The notes beneath the pieces are model-generated. The model did not search any database. It had not been told where the DNA came from and saw nothing but the letters and a program-made list of their open reading frames with translations. Shown here piece after piece: positions 41,150 through 54,776 of a stretch of 64,000 nucleotides of DNA (the stretch's first letter is position 1; each line of letters starts with the position of its first letter). Origin of the DNA: Octopus vulgaris (Eukaryota); NCBI GenBank assembly GCA_951406725.2, contig OX597837.1, positions 27,838,001-27,902,000 of the forward strand, given 5' to 3'. The position numbers were made by a program, and so were the translations under genes.

Positions 41150-41660
41150 ATTGACCCGTCGGATTTCCTCACGAAAAGAAGGTAAGCAATGTTTTCTCGC
41201 AGTAGTAGCAATAGCGAAAGAGGTGGTATGGAAGTCGCGAATGAAAGGTTTGGCGACAGGCAACCTCATCTCCGGTCTCGGGTTGGTGAGATTTTTTATC
41301 TTCCACCTTAAAAGGAAGGTGAGGCTGGAGAGAAGTTGCTTGCCAAAGAAAATGTTCAAAGAAAGATGGGTGCATGTTGCGAGGGTGCTGGGAATGAAAG
41401 ATCCCTCGTGAACATGTCATAAGTCTGCATACAAAAGTTCCAGTAGGAGAATGGGGCTCGTGGGGTCGGAGCGTAAGCCATCTCTCTGCTTCATCTCATG
41501 TTTGTATTTCGTCCTTGTTGTATCTCATTCGATTTCATTCGACTTCATTATATTTTGTAAAATTTTAAAAGTCATATAATCATTGTGTGTCTGACCCCAA
41601 TCAGGCTGTATTGTCCCCCTCTATGTTTGGGCCCTTGTGGCTAATAAAGAAATTGAATAT
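41150..41660 (+). mobile_element. Tx1/L1-clade LINE 3' end
   Basis: AKEVVWKSR...FHLKRKVRLER..F.ERW ORF2 C-terminal motif, then a 3' UTR ending in AATAAA. Confidence 0.65.
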
Positions 41661-41677
41661 ATATTTATATGTAATAC

Positions 41678-41757
<80 letters not shown>

Positions 41758-41758
41758 C

Positions 41759-41790
<32 letters not shown>

Positions 41791-42609
41791 CGTGTGAGTG
41801 TGTATGTCATGTGTGTACGCACACAAATACAAACATATATAAATGTTTGCATTCATATACAGTAACTGTCCGAAACAGTCGTGATTTCTGGTACTTGACT
41901 GAGGAAAGAAGGCCACGAATGCTCCGTGTCTATTCGCCTGTCCTAATTGTTGTTTCTCTGTCCTTCTAATTGTTGTTTCTCTTGAGACGGTTCTGCTTCA
42001 TCTCACGTTAGATAAATTAGTTTAAAATTAGTTTAAAATTGAGTTACTTCCCTTGCCTCAGTTTGGTTTACTCAGATATCAGAATTGTTCAACAATGTTT
42101 ACCTCAGCCTAGCTACGACTTTGGTACCAATAAGTTATCGTGCCGGCTACATTAAATCTATTAATCTCTACTTAGTTATCTTCAATAAGTTGGTAGCTGA
42201 TTACTTCATATTTATGCCCTGATTCTTACGATTGTTCTTCTTTGAGAGTAACAAAGTCCGTTACTATCTCTCACACAGATCCACACACACACACACACGC
42301 ACACACCACCTCACAGAACCCACCGCCACATATTCTCTTCACAGAAATGAATCTACATTCGGAGACAGATAATGCACATGAATTCATGCATATATAAATC
42401 GCATATATTCACACATACACACGTACATGACGGCTGCCCCCTCGTTATCGAGTATGGCCATTGCACGAAGCTTAATCAATGTTGTTATCGTGCAATGCCC
42501 GTGCAAGAAGATACTTTTTAAAGTGAGGAAAGGCTGTGCACTGAGTCAATCCCACTCATTAAGCATCAGCAGCCACATACATACATACATGCATACATAC
42601 ATACATACA

Positions 42610-42640
<31 letters not shown>

Positions 42641-42805
42641 GCATACATAGACATGGATACATATATACATACATATGCATACATAGACATGCATACATAC
42701 ATACATATGCATACATAGACATGCATACATACATACATACATACATACATATGCATACATAGACATGCATACATACATACATACATATGCATACATAGAC
42801 ATGCA

Positions 42806-42836
<31 letters not shown>

Positions 42837-43223
42837 GCATACATAGACATGCATACATACATACATACATACATACATACATACATGCATATGCATACAT
42901 AGACATGCATACATACATACATACATGCATTCATGCATTCATACATACATACATGCATACATACATACATACATACATACATACATACATACATGCATGA
43001 ATTCATACATACTCACGCCACACGTAAATACGAGTGTGCATACATGCAAACACATATACACACGTACGTACATACATACAGTCATACATGCGTGCGTACG
43101 TATATACATACAGTCATACATACATACATACATACATACATACATACATACAGACAGACAGACAGACAGACATTTGTATATACAACATAGATACATGCAA
43201 ATATACATAATACTTTTATAAAT

Positions 43224-44119
43224 ATGTGTTGCTGGGTTTTCTGTCTGTTCGGCGTGTGTATCGTCTTGGGTACTTGAGCCGATTTACAATGGATATAGGG
43301 TAGCAGTTGGTTTTCAATACCTCTAGGAAGCGTGTGGTGTGACAGATTAACTCCCTAGCGGTTGCGAACTCCGCCTAGCCTAGGTGTAGTGATAGGAGAG
43401 TATTGTAGTTCGCTTGAAGCATTGTGTATTGTTTGTGAAATATACAGTTATTATCGTCCACTCTGCATTGTTATGCCATTCAAGATACTATATCTCTCTC
43501 TTTTACTTGCTTCAGTCATTTGACTGCGGCCATGCTGGAGCACCGCATTTAGTCGAGCAAATCGACCGCGGGACTTATTCTTTGAAAGCCCAGTACTTAT
43601 TCTATCGGTCTCTTTTGCCGAAAGGCTAAGTAACGGGGACATAAACACACCAGCATCGGTTGTCAAGAAATGCTATGGGGACAAACACAGACACGCAAAC
43701 ACACTCATACATATATATACATATATACGACAGGCTTCTTTCAGTTTCCGTCTACCAAATCCACTCACAAGGCATTGGTCGGCCCGGGGCTATAGCAGAA
43801 GACACTTGCTTAAGATGCCACGCAGTGGGACTGAACCTGGAACCATGTGGTTGGTAAGCAAGCTACTTACCACACAGCCACTCCTGCGCCTGTTATATTT
43901 CACAAACATACACAATGCTTCAAGCGAACTACAATACGCTCCTATCTCTAAACCTGGACCAGGCCGAGCTCGCAACCGCTAGGGAGTTAATCACTCTATC
44001 ACTCACACCACACGCTTCCTAGAGGTACTGAATACCAACTGCTACCCTATATCCATTGTAAATCGGCTCAAGTACCCAAGACTACAAACACGCCGATGAC
44101 AGAAAACCCAGCAACGCAT
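43224..44119. repeat. ~225-bp inverted repeat with a family A SINE in the spacer
   Basis: 43224-43447 is the reverse complement of 43890-44119, with some divergence. Confidence 0.85.
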
Positions 44120-44427
44120 GCTTCCTTAAAATAATTAAATTATAGCAGTTATTATAGTCCACTCTGCATTGTTGTTCCATTTAGGACACGTTATATTTCA
44201 TATATATATATATATATATAAGGATAAGATCGTTATTTAAATATCGATCTTATCAAGTGGCCAGCTTGAGAATAAAAAAACTTCAAAGGTAATAATTATT
44301 ATTAAAATTATAATTTAGGGTAACTTAGGGTACCCTATATATATACATATATTGGTAAAATCAGTAAGATAACAAAAGAAAGAAAGAGACCTCAATATTA
44401 TGTAAATAGAGGAAATTTATCTGTAAA

Positions 44428-44613
44428 ATAATATGTGACAATTATTTGGTAGCCAAGATAAAACTCTGAGTTTTGGATGCCAAGGTGGAAATCCACAACA
44501 CCATCTCTTCGGTTATCTGGCCAGATAACCGGAGAGATGGTGTTGTGGATTTCCACCTCGACATCCGAAACTCGGAGTTTTATCTTGGCTACCGTATAAT
44601 TGTCACATATTAT
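44428..44613. repeat. Spacer-less ~93-bp-arm palindrome with a decayed hammerhead in each arm
   Basis: Centre at TGG|CCA 44520/44521. Arm reads GAUAA-CCG(A/G)AGA-GAUG..CAUC-C-(G/A)AAA-CUCNGAG-UU-UUAUC. Confidence 0.8.
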
Positions 44614-45237
44614 ATTATATTATATTATATTATATATATATATATATTCAGTTGAATATGGTACTTAAGTTAAAGGCACCAGAATTTGGTATGGTATTAT
44701 CCATATAACTGAAAATGGGGTGATTATAATCACCCCATTTTTGAAATATATATATATTACTCTTTAAAATTACTCTTTGAAACATTCTCTAGATGTTTTA
44801 GCTAGAACGCCCATCAATAAAGGCCTTCTGTAAGGGTAATATATAAGGGCTATATATACGGGACATATAAAAGGGGCAGTCTGCAATTTGAAGTCAATGC
44901 ATATTTCTTTTGGTGAGAAGTCGTATGTAAAGTGTTTTTCTTTTCCAGTTTGAGATATACAAAGGGGATATTAACGAGGAAAAATTCAAAAGCAAATAAG
45001 AAACAAAACAGGGAAAATGGTATTAAAGAATGTAAAATGTTCTGTAAGTGTTGTAAATAAGGTGATTTCAAAATTATGTTTAAATTTCTTGTTACAATCA
45101 GAATACTCATATCAGAGGACGCAGGAAACAACAATTGAAAATTGTAGAAGAAAACAATGGAATAGTTTTAATGAAAACTGGTGCGTGTAAAACAATATGC
45201 CAATATGCACATCGACTCTATACATTCCGAATAGTAA

Positions 45238-45488
45238 CTATAGTGGGGCTCCTTTCTCGCTGATTTTCGATAAGTTAAGTTTTTTCTGTTTCCGGCTATG
45301 TAAAAAGAAAATAAAGGCAAATGCTAGAAGTGAGATGAAACGACCGACAATCATAGGAAAGAATACGACGCGTCTTAAGTTATCTAGATCATACAATTTA
45401 CAAGCCCCGCGTTCGTTACACTTCATATCCCAGAGGATACACACGGAATCGATGGCACGTCCAAATAAAACCGGCGCAGGAAGGAACG
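45238..45488 (-). CDS. OATP/SLCO organic anion transporter, last coding exon (TM11-TM12)
   Basis: ctctctcacag acceptor. AFLPAPVLFGRAIDSVCILWDMKCNERGACKLYD matches the OATP PxPxxFGxxIDxxCxxWxxxC..GxCxxYD motif; TAG at 45240-45238. Confidence 0.93.
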
Positions 45489-46717
45489 CTGTGAGAGAGA
45501 AAAAAAAAAGAAAAACAAAGAAGTGCATAAGAAATTTTGGTATATGCGAAATAAATAACCATCGAATATTAAAATATTGTTTATATTAAAGTATTTGAAA
45601 TATTTTAGCAGTCATTCGGATTTATGTCGGCAAAAATACTAGCCCAGAACGAACGTTAAGAATGGAACCCCCAATGCTAAGCTCCTTAGAGGTGTAAAAT
45701 TTATAAATTTCATTTCATTGTACGTTCTGTCGTATTCTAATATGTTTCAAATGATTTTAAAACATTTAAATCCTTATTCCAAGTCAAAAGAGTATGAGAT
45801 TAACATTGTATCTGATTGTCTATCAGGATTTATAAAAGTTGATCTGTGCTGGTTATATCATAGTTTGAAAGGATTTGCCGTCAGACCAATATTAAAAAGA
45901 CTGAAGTATTAGCTAAAATTTCGTTCGCGTAATAAAGAATGAATTTCAAAATTTACAAATTATTTAAGGAATATTTCTAGGGCTTCATACAATTATACAA
46001 ACAGGAAGCGCTAAGTATGGATATAGGATTAAGCTTTTTAATTTACTATTTGCTATTTCTGTATCAAAGTTCCGTGTACAACTAAAATATAATTCAATAT
46101 TATTCTTATTTAAAGTTTTAAGACATCTAGAAATTTTCAGGAAATGTCCATGCAACTTAATATTTGTAAATGGAGAATGAAATACAATCTTTTCAATCCC
46201 CTTACTCTTAAGGAATGTCCAAATATTGTTAAAACTTTGTGAAAGGAAAATACACCAGATGAAGCACTAGATTAACTTATACTGTCAAATCATGTATAAT
46301 TTAGCAACAACACTAATCTTTAAGCCTAATTAATCTTAAGCCTAATTATTCAAATATTTATGAGATTTTCCAATGAAATTATTTAGCCGTCAAGTTTTTA
46401 TATTACCTTTTATAATAAGCACGTCATCTCGATATAGCTGATATTATAAGTTATTGGATTTCTTATGTAATACATATAAAAATCTAAAGGCCTACAAACT
46501 CACTAGTTTCACCAGAATTTAGCCAAGCCATCGCCACTGCAAAATAGAGTAACTTCTAAGTCTCTGAGTAATATTGAAAGAAAGTAGTGATCTCCAACCA
46601 TGTATCAATATTTTAATATCGAAATCACTGACTGATAGAATATTTAGTCAGAGGAACGTCATATTTTCCTCTTGTTGTACAGTATTAACTACAAGAGTCG
46701 AATCATTTTATACTTAC

Positions 46718-46782
46718 CACCACCAGATAAAATCATTGAGTAGAAACCAATTCCGAGGGCCTTATCTTTCTCACTTGGTGTT
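46718..46782 (-). CDS. OATP/SLCO exon (65 bp)
   Basis: ttttccag acceptor, gtaagt donor, phase 2 to 1. RTPSEKDKALGIGFYSMILSGG resembles the OATP R..xxKxLALG segment. Confidence 0.88.
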
Positions 46783-47117
46783 CTGGAAAAGTATAATGGA
46801 AAAATATTGAGACTATTACTATTTACTTCCGAACTGAAATCTTACCGCAGTCATCATTACGTTTCGTCCTGCCGGAGTTAATGAAAAAAATAGCAGCCGA
46901 TCGAGTCATCCACACCAATTCTATAAAAAATGTTTGTCTTTGTACGAATATTAATTGTCGTTGTCAAAAGATTAGGGAGAGAAACGTTAAAATATAGGGC
47001 TAAAAACTTCAGATGGGAAAAGCCATCTGAAGTCAATCAAAAAGGGAGCGAGTTATATATTGGGGTCGACTAAATTACTTTTTACTTTACAGATTGTAAA
47101 GTGTACAACAAATTATA

Positions 47118-47538
47118 GGCGCAGGAGTGGCTGTGTGGTAAGTAGCTTGTCTACCAACCACATGGTTCCGGGTTCAGTCCCACTGCGTGGCACCTTGGGC
47201 AAGTGTCTTCTGCTATAGCCTGGGGGCCGACCAAAGCCTTGTGAGTGGATTTGGTAGACGGAAACTGAAAGGAGCCCATCGTATATATGTATATATATAT
47301 ATATGTATGTGCGTGTGTGTGTGTTTGTGTGTCTGTGTTTGTCCCCTAGCTTTGCTTGACAACCGATGCTGGTGTGTTTATGTCCCCGTCACTTAGCGGT
47401 TCGGCAAAAGAGACCGATAGAATAAGTACCGGGCTTACAAAAGAATAAGTCCCGGGGTCGAGTTGCTCGATTAAAAAAGGCGATGCTCCAGCATGGCCGC
47501 AGTCAAATGACTGAAACAAGTAAAAGAGTAAAAGAGAG
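47118..47538 (+). mobile_element. SINE family A, full-length copy
   Basis: Same head, body and tail as 144-739 and 58022-58429. Confidence 0.88.
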
Positions 47539-47861
47539 TATTGTGACTTTGTACACAAGTTCGAATCATTCATGCTCTTGTCTTCTTTTAATGAATTTTT
47601 CTTCTGTGGCACCGAGATAGAAAAGTATTCCCAATGATTTATTTACTGTTCCATACATTCAGTTGATGGACAAGTAGCTCTATTACTATCGCATATTCAC
47701 CAAACTATTCTGTCTCACCAGTCATATATTATACAACATAAGGCAATGTGTGATTCTGTCATAGGAATCAAGTATATATCGCAAGGCATTACTGAATACC
47801 ATTTGACTAAAAGTGTGGCTTGTCATTCCAAATGTGCTTGTCATTCCATATTTATATTACA

Positions 47862-48354
47862 CTAGCAGTATCGCCCGGCGTTGCTCGGGTTTGTAAGGGA
47901 AATAACTATATAAGCATTTTTAGAGAGTTACTTCCCTTATAAATTCGGGCTTTCTTAGCCATTTTAGTTTTGGTGTCTTCAAGCCATGAAGTCGTTGTTC
48001 TAAAAGAACGCTGGTCTCCTTCACAACGCTTTACGACGTTGATTTCTTTACACTCCCTTCCCCACAGCTTCACGAGGGAGGGAAGGGGGAGAAGCAAACA
48101 GGTGCAGCTGTGAGCGTGGACGCCAACTCCGCCGCCATCGACACACGATGCATTTTATGCATTAAAATGGAATAAAATATTTTTATAATCATAGACTCAT
48201 CGTTGACGCGCGCTAATAGTCAGACGGGCTCGATATGAATCACGACTATAAGATACCCGAATTTGGTTAAACTGCACCGCAAAATGTGGGAGGAGTTAGG
48301 AATCTAAATCGAAGGGGACAGACACTCACACAACTAGAGTTTTATATATATAGA
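47862..48354 (-). mobile_element. Non-autonomous Helitron-like element
   Basis: 5'-TC and CTAG-3' ends, subterminal GC hairpin CCCGAGCAACGCCGGG, inserted between A and T, no TSD. Confidence 0.8.
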
Positions 48355-48440
48355 TATCTTAAGATATTATAATTTATAATAATCGATGATGCATTGATTT
48401 GCATACCGATGTATATACATACATAAATACATACATACAT

Positions 48441-48471
<31 letters not shown>

Positions 48472-48660
48472 CATATATTAGCCACGTCACACATTTTTTC
48501 CTCTCATTGTTTCTCTCCTTGTTTTTTCTGTGTCCCTTTCTGTAGAAGAGCGTAGGCTCGAAACATAAAATACTTTTTCTATTCCCGAGCGTTATACTAA
48601 TACATCTGTTTGTTTTGTACACGACCTGTCTTCGTCTTTTTTTTTTTTTTCGTAAACTCT

Positions 48661-48715
<55 letters not shown>

Positions 48716-48793
48716 TTTAATATGTGACAGCGTGTGTATCGTTGGCGATTTTCTTTCTCCGTCTTCCCTTCCTTGGACCTTTCCTTTTTCTAT

Positions 48794-48828
48794 GTTTCTG
48801 ACGAAGAGCTCCGCTCGAAACGTTAAAT
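48794..48828 (+). ncRNA. Minimal hammerhead motif in a short repeat (second copy at 50561-50595)
   Basis: GUUU-CUGACGA-A-GAGC ucc GCUC-GAAA-CG-UU-AAAU. Confidence 0.65.
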
Positions 48829-49362
48829 CCGCCTTCTTTCTTTCCATTCCTGACCGTCCAATAACACTATACTTGTTCCATGTCCTCGCGTTGTTGTGTT
48901 TCTCTTTGTTCATGTTTCGAGTAATTATATACATGCACATATATATATATATTTACATACAGACGTACGTTTGTGTGTGTATATATGTACTCATGTATAA
49001 GATGTCATGACATTATGATGTGTCATAAGCAGCAAAGCATAGATTATCATAGGAACGTATTTAAGACTTGTCACAAATAAGAGTGTATTCATTCTCATAT
49101 CAACCTACATGTCCCATAATATAAAGCTGAATACAGAATCTAATGGACCTAGTAGCGTTTATAGCTAAGTCACAGAAAGATGGACAACATCAGAATCATA
49201 ATTACATGTCTTCTAGCCTGGCTAAATTAAAACGGAAGAATTAGCGAAAAATGATGTGTTATCTTCAGACCAGAGACGTATGTATGCAACAGTGTGGACT
49301 CTACTAATGACATCCAAATAATGGGTAGTGTACCTTAGTACTCCATTTATATTGGTACTTAC

Positions 49363-49517
49363 CTTATAACTAAAAGATAACCTGCTGGAATACTCGCCAT
49401 AGCTAAGATGTTATTAATAGTCGAAAGTCCTATAAATATATTTTTGGCTTGGCATTCAAAGGGACACAGACCAGCAGTTGCTGACATTCCAGGGATTCCA
49501 AAGCAGTTGGTGAAATT
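49363..49517 (-). CDS. OATP/SLCO exon (end of Kazal-like loop and TM10)
   Basis: tttttcag acceptor, gtaagt donor, 155 bp. NFTNCFGIPGMSATAGLCPFECQAKNIFIGLSTINNILAMASIPAGYLLVIR. Confidence 0.9.
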
Positions 49518-49631
49518 CTGAAAAAGCGGGGAAAATACAAAAATCGGTTATGAATAAAAAGCTCTACTATGTATACATACATACACACTCATATATAAAC
49601 ATGCACATACACACACATTTATATATGTATA

Positions 49632-49663
<32 letters not shown>

Positions 49664-50395
49664 ATAATAGTAGTAGGGAATATAATTCCAAACTTACAGG
49701 GAAAAATTCAATTTCGCAATTCTAAATCAAATTTCACAATATATCATATATGTATATAATTAAGAGAAATAAACTCTATTAAGTAATTCAATAGTGAAAG
49801 ACATTATCTATATTATATTAGAAAGAATTTAAATATACTATAATAAATATTATTAAAAAAATCACTAAATTAAATTATTTAATTTAGTGACTTTTTAAAA
49901 TAATATTTATCATAGTATATTTAAATTTTTTTGAATTACTTAATAGAATTGAATTACTATTGAATTACTTAATAGAGGTTATTTCTCTTAATTACTTTAT
50001 TATATAGATATGAATTACTTAATAGAGGTTATTTCTCTTAATTACTTAATTATATACATATGGGTATTTGTATATATATATATATATACATGTGTGTATG
50101 TGTGTATTTCGTTTTATATTTGGTTTGTAAGATTCTTTATGCGAATTTGTGTGTTGAAGCATCTTTTATTCCGTCTGGAGAGAGTCATTCTGTTTTAATG
50201 CCTCATTAATTAAGACACACACCGGTTCGATTTCTTGCAACCTCTTCAATAGTCGTTGCCGACTATTGAAGAGGTTGCAAGGAGCGACGAAAATTTTAGA
50301 AAAAATAAATAATTAAGTGGAATTAGAACTGTTGAGTGTGTTAATTAATAAGACATTAAAACAGATACAGTAATAAATAATAAATACAATAATAA

Positions 50396-50468
<73 letters not shown>

Positions 50469-50688
50469 AGTGTGTATATATTTTCAATATGTGACCGCGT
50501 GTGTATCGTTGGCGATTTTCTTTCTCCGTCTTCCCTTCCTTGGACCTTTCCTTTTTCTATGTTTCTGACGAAGAGCTTCACTCGAAACGTTAAATCCTCC
50601 TTCTTTCTTTCCTTTCCTAGCGTCCAATAATACTATACTTGTTCCACGTTCTCGCGTTGTTGTGTTTTCTCTTTGTTCATGTTTGGAT

Positions 50689-50786
<98 letters not shown>

Positions 50787-51049
50787 TGTGTAGCATATAT
50801 GTTTAATAGTGTGAATGTTAATATACTATATATATATGTATGTGTGAGTATACACATACATACATATACATACACACACGCGCACACACACATACACGCA
50901 CGTGCACACACACATACACACTCACATGCATACATAAAGGAACACACAGGCTGTAGTGAAAGTCTAGAGGAATGAAGAAAGAAGAAAAGTGGAAGTGAAA
51001 ATGGTAAATTAAGAATTGTTTGACTTAGTGAAAAATGCTTTGAACTTAC

Positions 51050-51185
51050 AAAATAATTTCCATCTGCACATCCAGCATGGCATGGTGAGAAATAATTCTG
51101 TTGATCGGAACCACATATAGGGAAATACTGTCGAATATCGCAGTTGCAGTCATCAATCAATTCCGTCATATTGGCATATAGGGAA
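51050..51185 (-). CDS. OATP/SLCO exon (Kazal-like extracellular domain)
   Basis: ccttttcag acceptor, gtaagt donor, 136 bp. DCNCDIRQYFPICGSDQQNYFSPCHAGC is the OATP Kazal_2 signature. Confidence 0.93.
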
Positions 51186-52019
51186 CTGAAAAGGAAACAG
51201 ACGATAGATATTCTTATTATTTTAAACTCAGCTCGGCTCTGAATGAGATCTCTTAAAGGGTAAAATAGTCCCCCTCGAAGGCACAAGTCCGGGTAGGCTT
51301 GTTTGTGGAAAACCCGCAGTCGCCCATGCACACCGGTCTTCCCTTCTCCACACAACCGCTGTTGTCCGAGAGAAAGGCTAACTAAATTCCATACAGCTTG
51401 ACTCCAGTGATATCGCAACTCATTTCTACAGCAGAGTGAACAGGAGTAACATGAAATAACTTGCTCAAGAACACAACACAAGCCCGATCAAAGAATCGAA
51501 GTCACAACCTCACGCTCTAACCGCTGAGCCATGTAACCATCTTGACGTTTTGTATATCTAGGAATACTTTATCAAGTGTGTTCTTACTTTTCTTAAGGTG
51601 TTAGACAATAATTTGATGGAAAATTATTTTATTTCTAGCAGGTCAAGCTCCCACCTAGAAATTGCGTTTTGCCTTGCAGACACTGCTGGTACATTTTCTG
51701 AGCAGTCATGAGCATAAATATTAACAAAGCCCGACGTTGCTCAGCTTTGTTATAGAATGGGTTCGTATGGCCGTGGGTAGCTATTTTTAACATTAAATTG
51801 CTTAATATAATCTGTCTTCTTTTTAACTGATAAGAGTAGGTATAATCGCTGCGGACGAATGTCTCTATAATATACGCATGTATAAATGATAGTCATACAT
51901 AAAACTGAATTAGAGAGAGAGAGAAATACATGCATACATGCATATATACATGCACGTATACTCAAAAATTAAGCGTGTCTGTTGAATGTTTATGGCAATA
52001 AAAGGTTAAACCAGATTTC

Positions 52020-52580
52020 TATTCAGCCGAACTGTCTTAGATTTCAGCAGGATTTTCACTGTCCAATGGTGCTCTCGCTCGATCACCGTTAGCTTGGTCT
52101 GCACTGATTACTTGTTGATGTTGTCCCAAGAAGGTCCCAGGGCTCTGTGTTGGTACCGATGTTCTTGGAAGTAAACTTTGTACCCTCCTTCCCAAATATT
52201 GTTTTATCAATTAATGGGCAGATATATTCAGTACAACTTGGAATTGCATGTTAGCTCTATTCTCTATTTCGTAAATGACATATATAGTCTCCTGAGCCCT
52301 ACATTTCTCAATAAAGGAAATTTTGTCCAACGTAGCTACCGTGGATATTTCCATCTCGTCCCTGGATTGGATGAATAAAACAATTGACAAAGCACAACTA
52401 AGTGACCCTTCTTCTCCTCTCTTGCACAGGTGTGATTGACTGTGGTTGGCTGTCACCTGTACTCACCTGTACTGTGTACAAAATGCAACAAAACTTTCGA
52501 CCTTGCAGCAAAATGTCCCATATCAAATGTCCTGGTTTGAAAAATATTTGCAATCGATGATGTTTTTGATTCTTTGCCAA
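52020..52580 (+). mobile_element. Highly decayed CR1-like RT remnant
   Basis: QGSVL.P motif at about 52138-52160; otherwise degenerate. Confidence 0.4.
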
Positions 52581-52624
<44 letters not shown>

Positions 52625-52849
52625 GAAATATTAAAATAACTAAGTCTCTCTATTAGTATGGCGATAACTATTATATATATATATATATATTTATATTTAT
52701 AGTGGTTGTATAAAGTCAAGATAACGTGACAGTCCCGTAGAGGGAATTACACCACCGCTAAATAGCCCTAGGAAGCATCGACGCTTCCTGTCGGCTTTGA
52801 CACATTTCCTGTGTCCTTATATTAGCAAAGGAGAGGCAAGAGCCCCCCC

Positions 52850-53165
52850 CCCACGAGCTGAATTTTGGGGGAGCTTGAATAATTCACATCTAGAAACGTG
52901 TGTTTTGCTCAACATCTGCAAACAGCCCTTATTCAGGGTCCTTTTGAGAGGAATTGGCTACACGACCTCAAGACAATCCTAACTGGGTCCCACCTGCAAG
53001 GTCATGCACTGTTTGTCTTGAAATAATGCCACCATGTCACACATGTATGGTTGTGATGCATGTGCCTGATGTATCCTTATCAGGCGAGTATTCATGACGG
53101 ATATATTGGGCTTCGAATATTTCTATCTCAGTGTCCCTTTGATGACATGCACAGCTCTCTCACTC

Positions 53166-53214
<49 letters not shown>

Positions 53215-53806
53215 GCCCTGATGCAGTACCATGCCCTGATGCAGTAATAAATGCCCTGATGCAGTACCAGGCAGTGGCTCTCATGGCTTCTGATCTTAAC
53301 TGGTTGGAAGTGTTATCATGTACATTGTTTTGTCTTGGTATAAAAGATGGGCTACAGCAAATATTCTGCTCAATACCACAGATTTGCTTGTCAGTTGTTT
53401 GACCTTAACCAGTTGAGCATGTCCCTTTGTGGCTGACGATATGTGCATCTCTGATCACGAGCAGAAGTAGTGGGGTGCATCATAGCCATGTGTTGAGAGG
53501 GATTCTTTGGGGTTTGAATAATTCACCTCTGGAAACATGGGTGTTTCGTTCAACATCCTTAAACAATCCTTATTCAGGGACCAATTGAGCGGGATGGGCT
53601 GCTCAACCTGAAGAAAATTCTAACTGGGCCCCACCTGCAAGGTCATGTGCTGTTTATCTTGATATGAGATCACCATGTCGCGCACATATGGTTGTGATGC
53701 ATGTGCCTGGTGTACCTTTATCAGACGGGTAGTCATGATGGGTATATTGGGCTTCGTATATTTTACCCCAGTGTCACTTTGATGGCATGAACTGCTCTCT
53801 CACTCA
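52850..53806. repeat. Tandem duplicated non-coding element bounded by (AAT)n tracts
   Basis: About 52850-53166 repeats about 53505-53806; both end CTCTCTCACTC(AAT)n. Confidence 0.7.
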
Positions 53807-53823
53807 ATAATAATAATAATAAT

Positions 53824-54510
53824 AGACCATCTCGTTTCAGGATGTCCTGTGCTGACACCAAACGAATACAAAAATCGCCATGATTGCGTAGGACAGTATT
53901 TACATTGGTAAATATGTAAACACTACAAAATCGGTCCTCATGCTTACTTGTATGAACATCATCCTGAGCCAGTCGTTAAATGTAAAAATGTCACTATCCC
54001 CTGGGATTTTTCAGTCAACATCGACAGAACGATCCAGGCTAATAGACCAGATATAATTATTAAATACAGGGAAGAAAATACTTCTAGGCTAATAGATGTA
54101 ATTGTTCCGATTGATAAAAATATATCTGTAAAGAAATTTGATAAATTAAGTAAATATAATGACCTGGAAATTGAAATACAAAAGATGTGGCATCTTAAAG
54201 CAAGAACTATTCCTGCTATTGTAGGTGCCCTAGGTATGATAAAAAAGGGACGTCAGAAATAGCTAGACAACATCCCAGGAGAACCATATCTCAGAGAAAT
54301 CCAAAAGGTTGTGCTGAAAAGTACTGCCTTTAAAAAACCGTATCGATTTAAATATCTGTGTTGTATTACATGAAGATATTTCGCTACTGCCTCTGCTACT
54401 TCCTCTCCACAAGCTGTCAGTCATACTGCAACATCTCTTATCCTTTACTCGCCCTAGGACACTGGGTGTGTCTCGGCAAGTGAATGTAAGAAACATTCAG
54501 ATTAAAAGTA
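53824..54510 (+). mobile_element. R4/Dong-like retrotransposon 3' end (restriction-like endonuclease), 5'-truncated, inside (TAA)n
   Basis: HLVSGCP..Y..RHD, WDF...DRTIQANRPDII, LIDV.VP, K..KY.DL, IVGALG; (AAT)n on both flanks, the known Dong target type. Confidence 0.85.
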
Positions 54511-54526
54511 AATAATAATAATAATG

Positions 54527-54575
<49 letters not shown>

Positions 54576-54583
54576 GCACTTAC

Positions 54584-54776
54584 GAATTGTTCATGGGATT
54601 ATTGTTCAAGTGGGGTGCTTCACAGCGCAAGAAAGATATGATAATCTCCAAGCCGAGGCAGATACAATACGCAACTAACTTCATCATAATCATTCCACGT
54701 ATTTCAAGTTTCAATCGAGTAATTATGGTACAGCCAGCCAATATACCAACCAAGGAAGTTACAACTCCCATGGAAG
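54584..54776 (-). CDS. OATP/SLCO exon (TM8-TM9)
   Basis: ctcattgcag acceptor, gtaagt donor, 193 bp, phase 1 to 2. ASMGVVTSLVGILAGCTIITRLKL...SFLRC. Confidence 0.88.

Noticed and set aside
46500-46565. Candidate small OATP exon
   Set aside because: No OATP-like peptide; 46718-46782 fits both phase and motif.
50633-51481. 282-aa ORF
   Set aside because: Only 51050-51185 is a real OATP exon; the rest is SINE and microsatellite.
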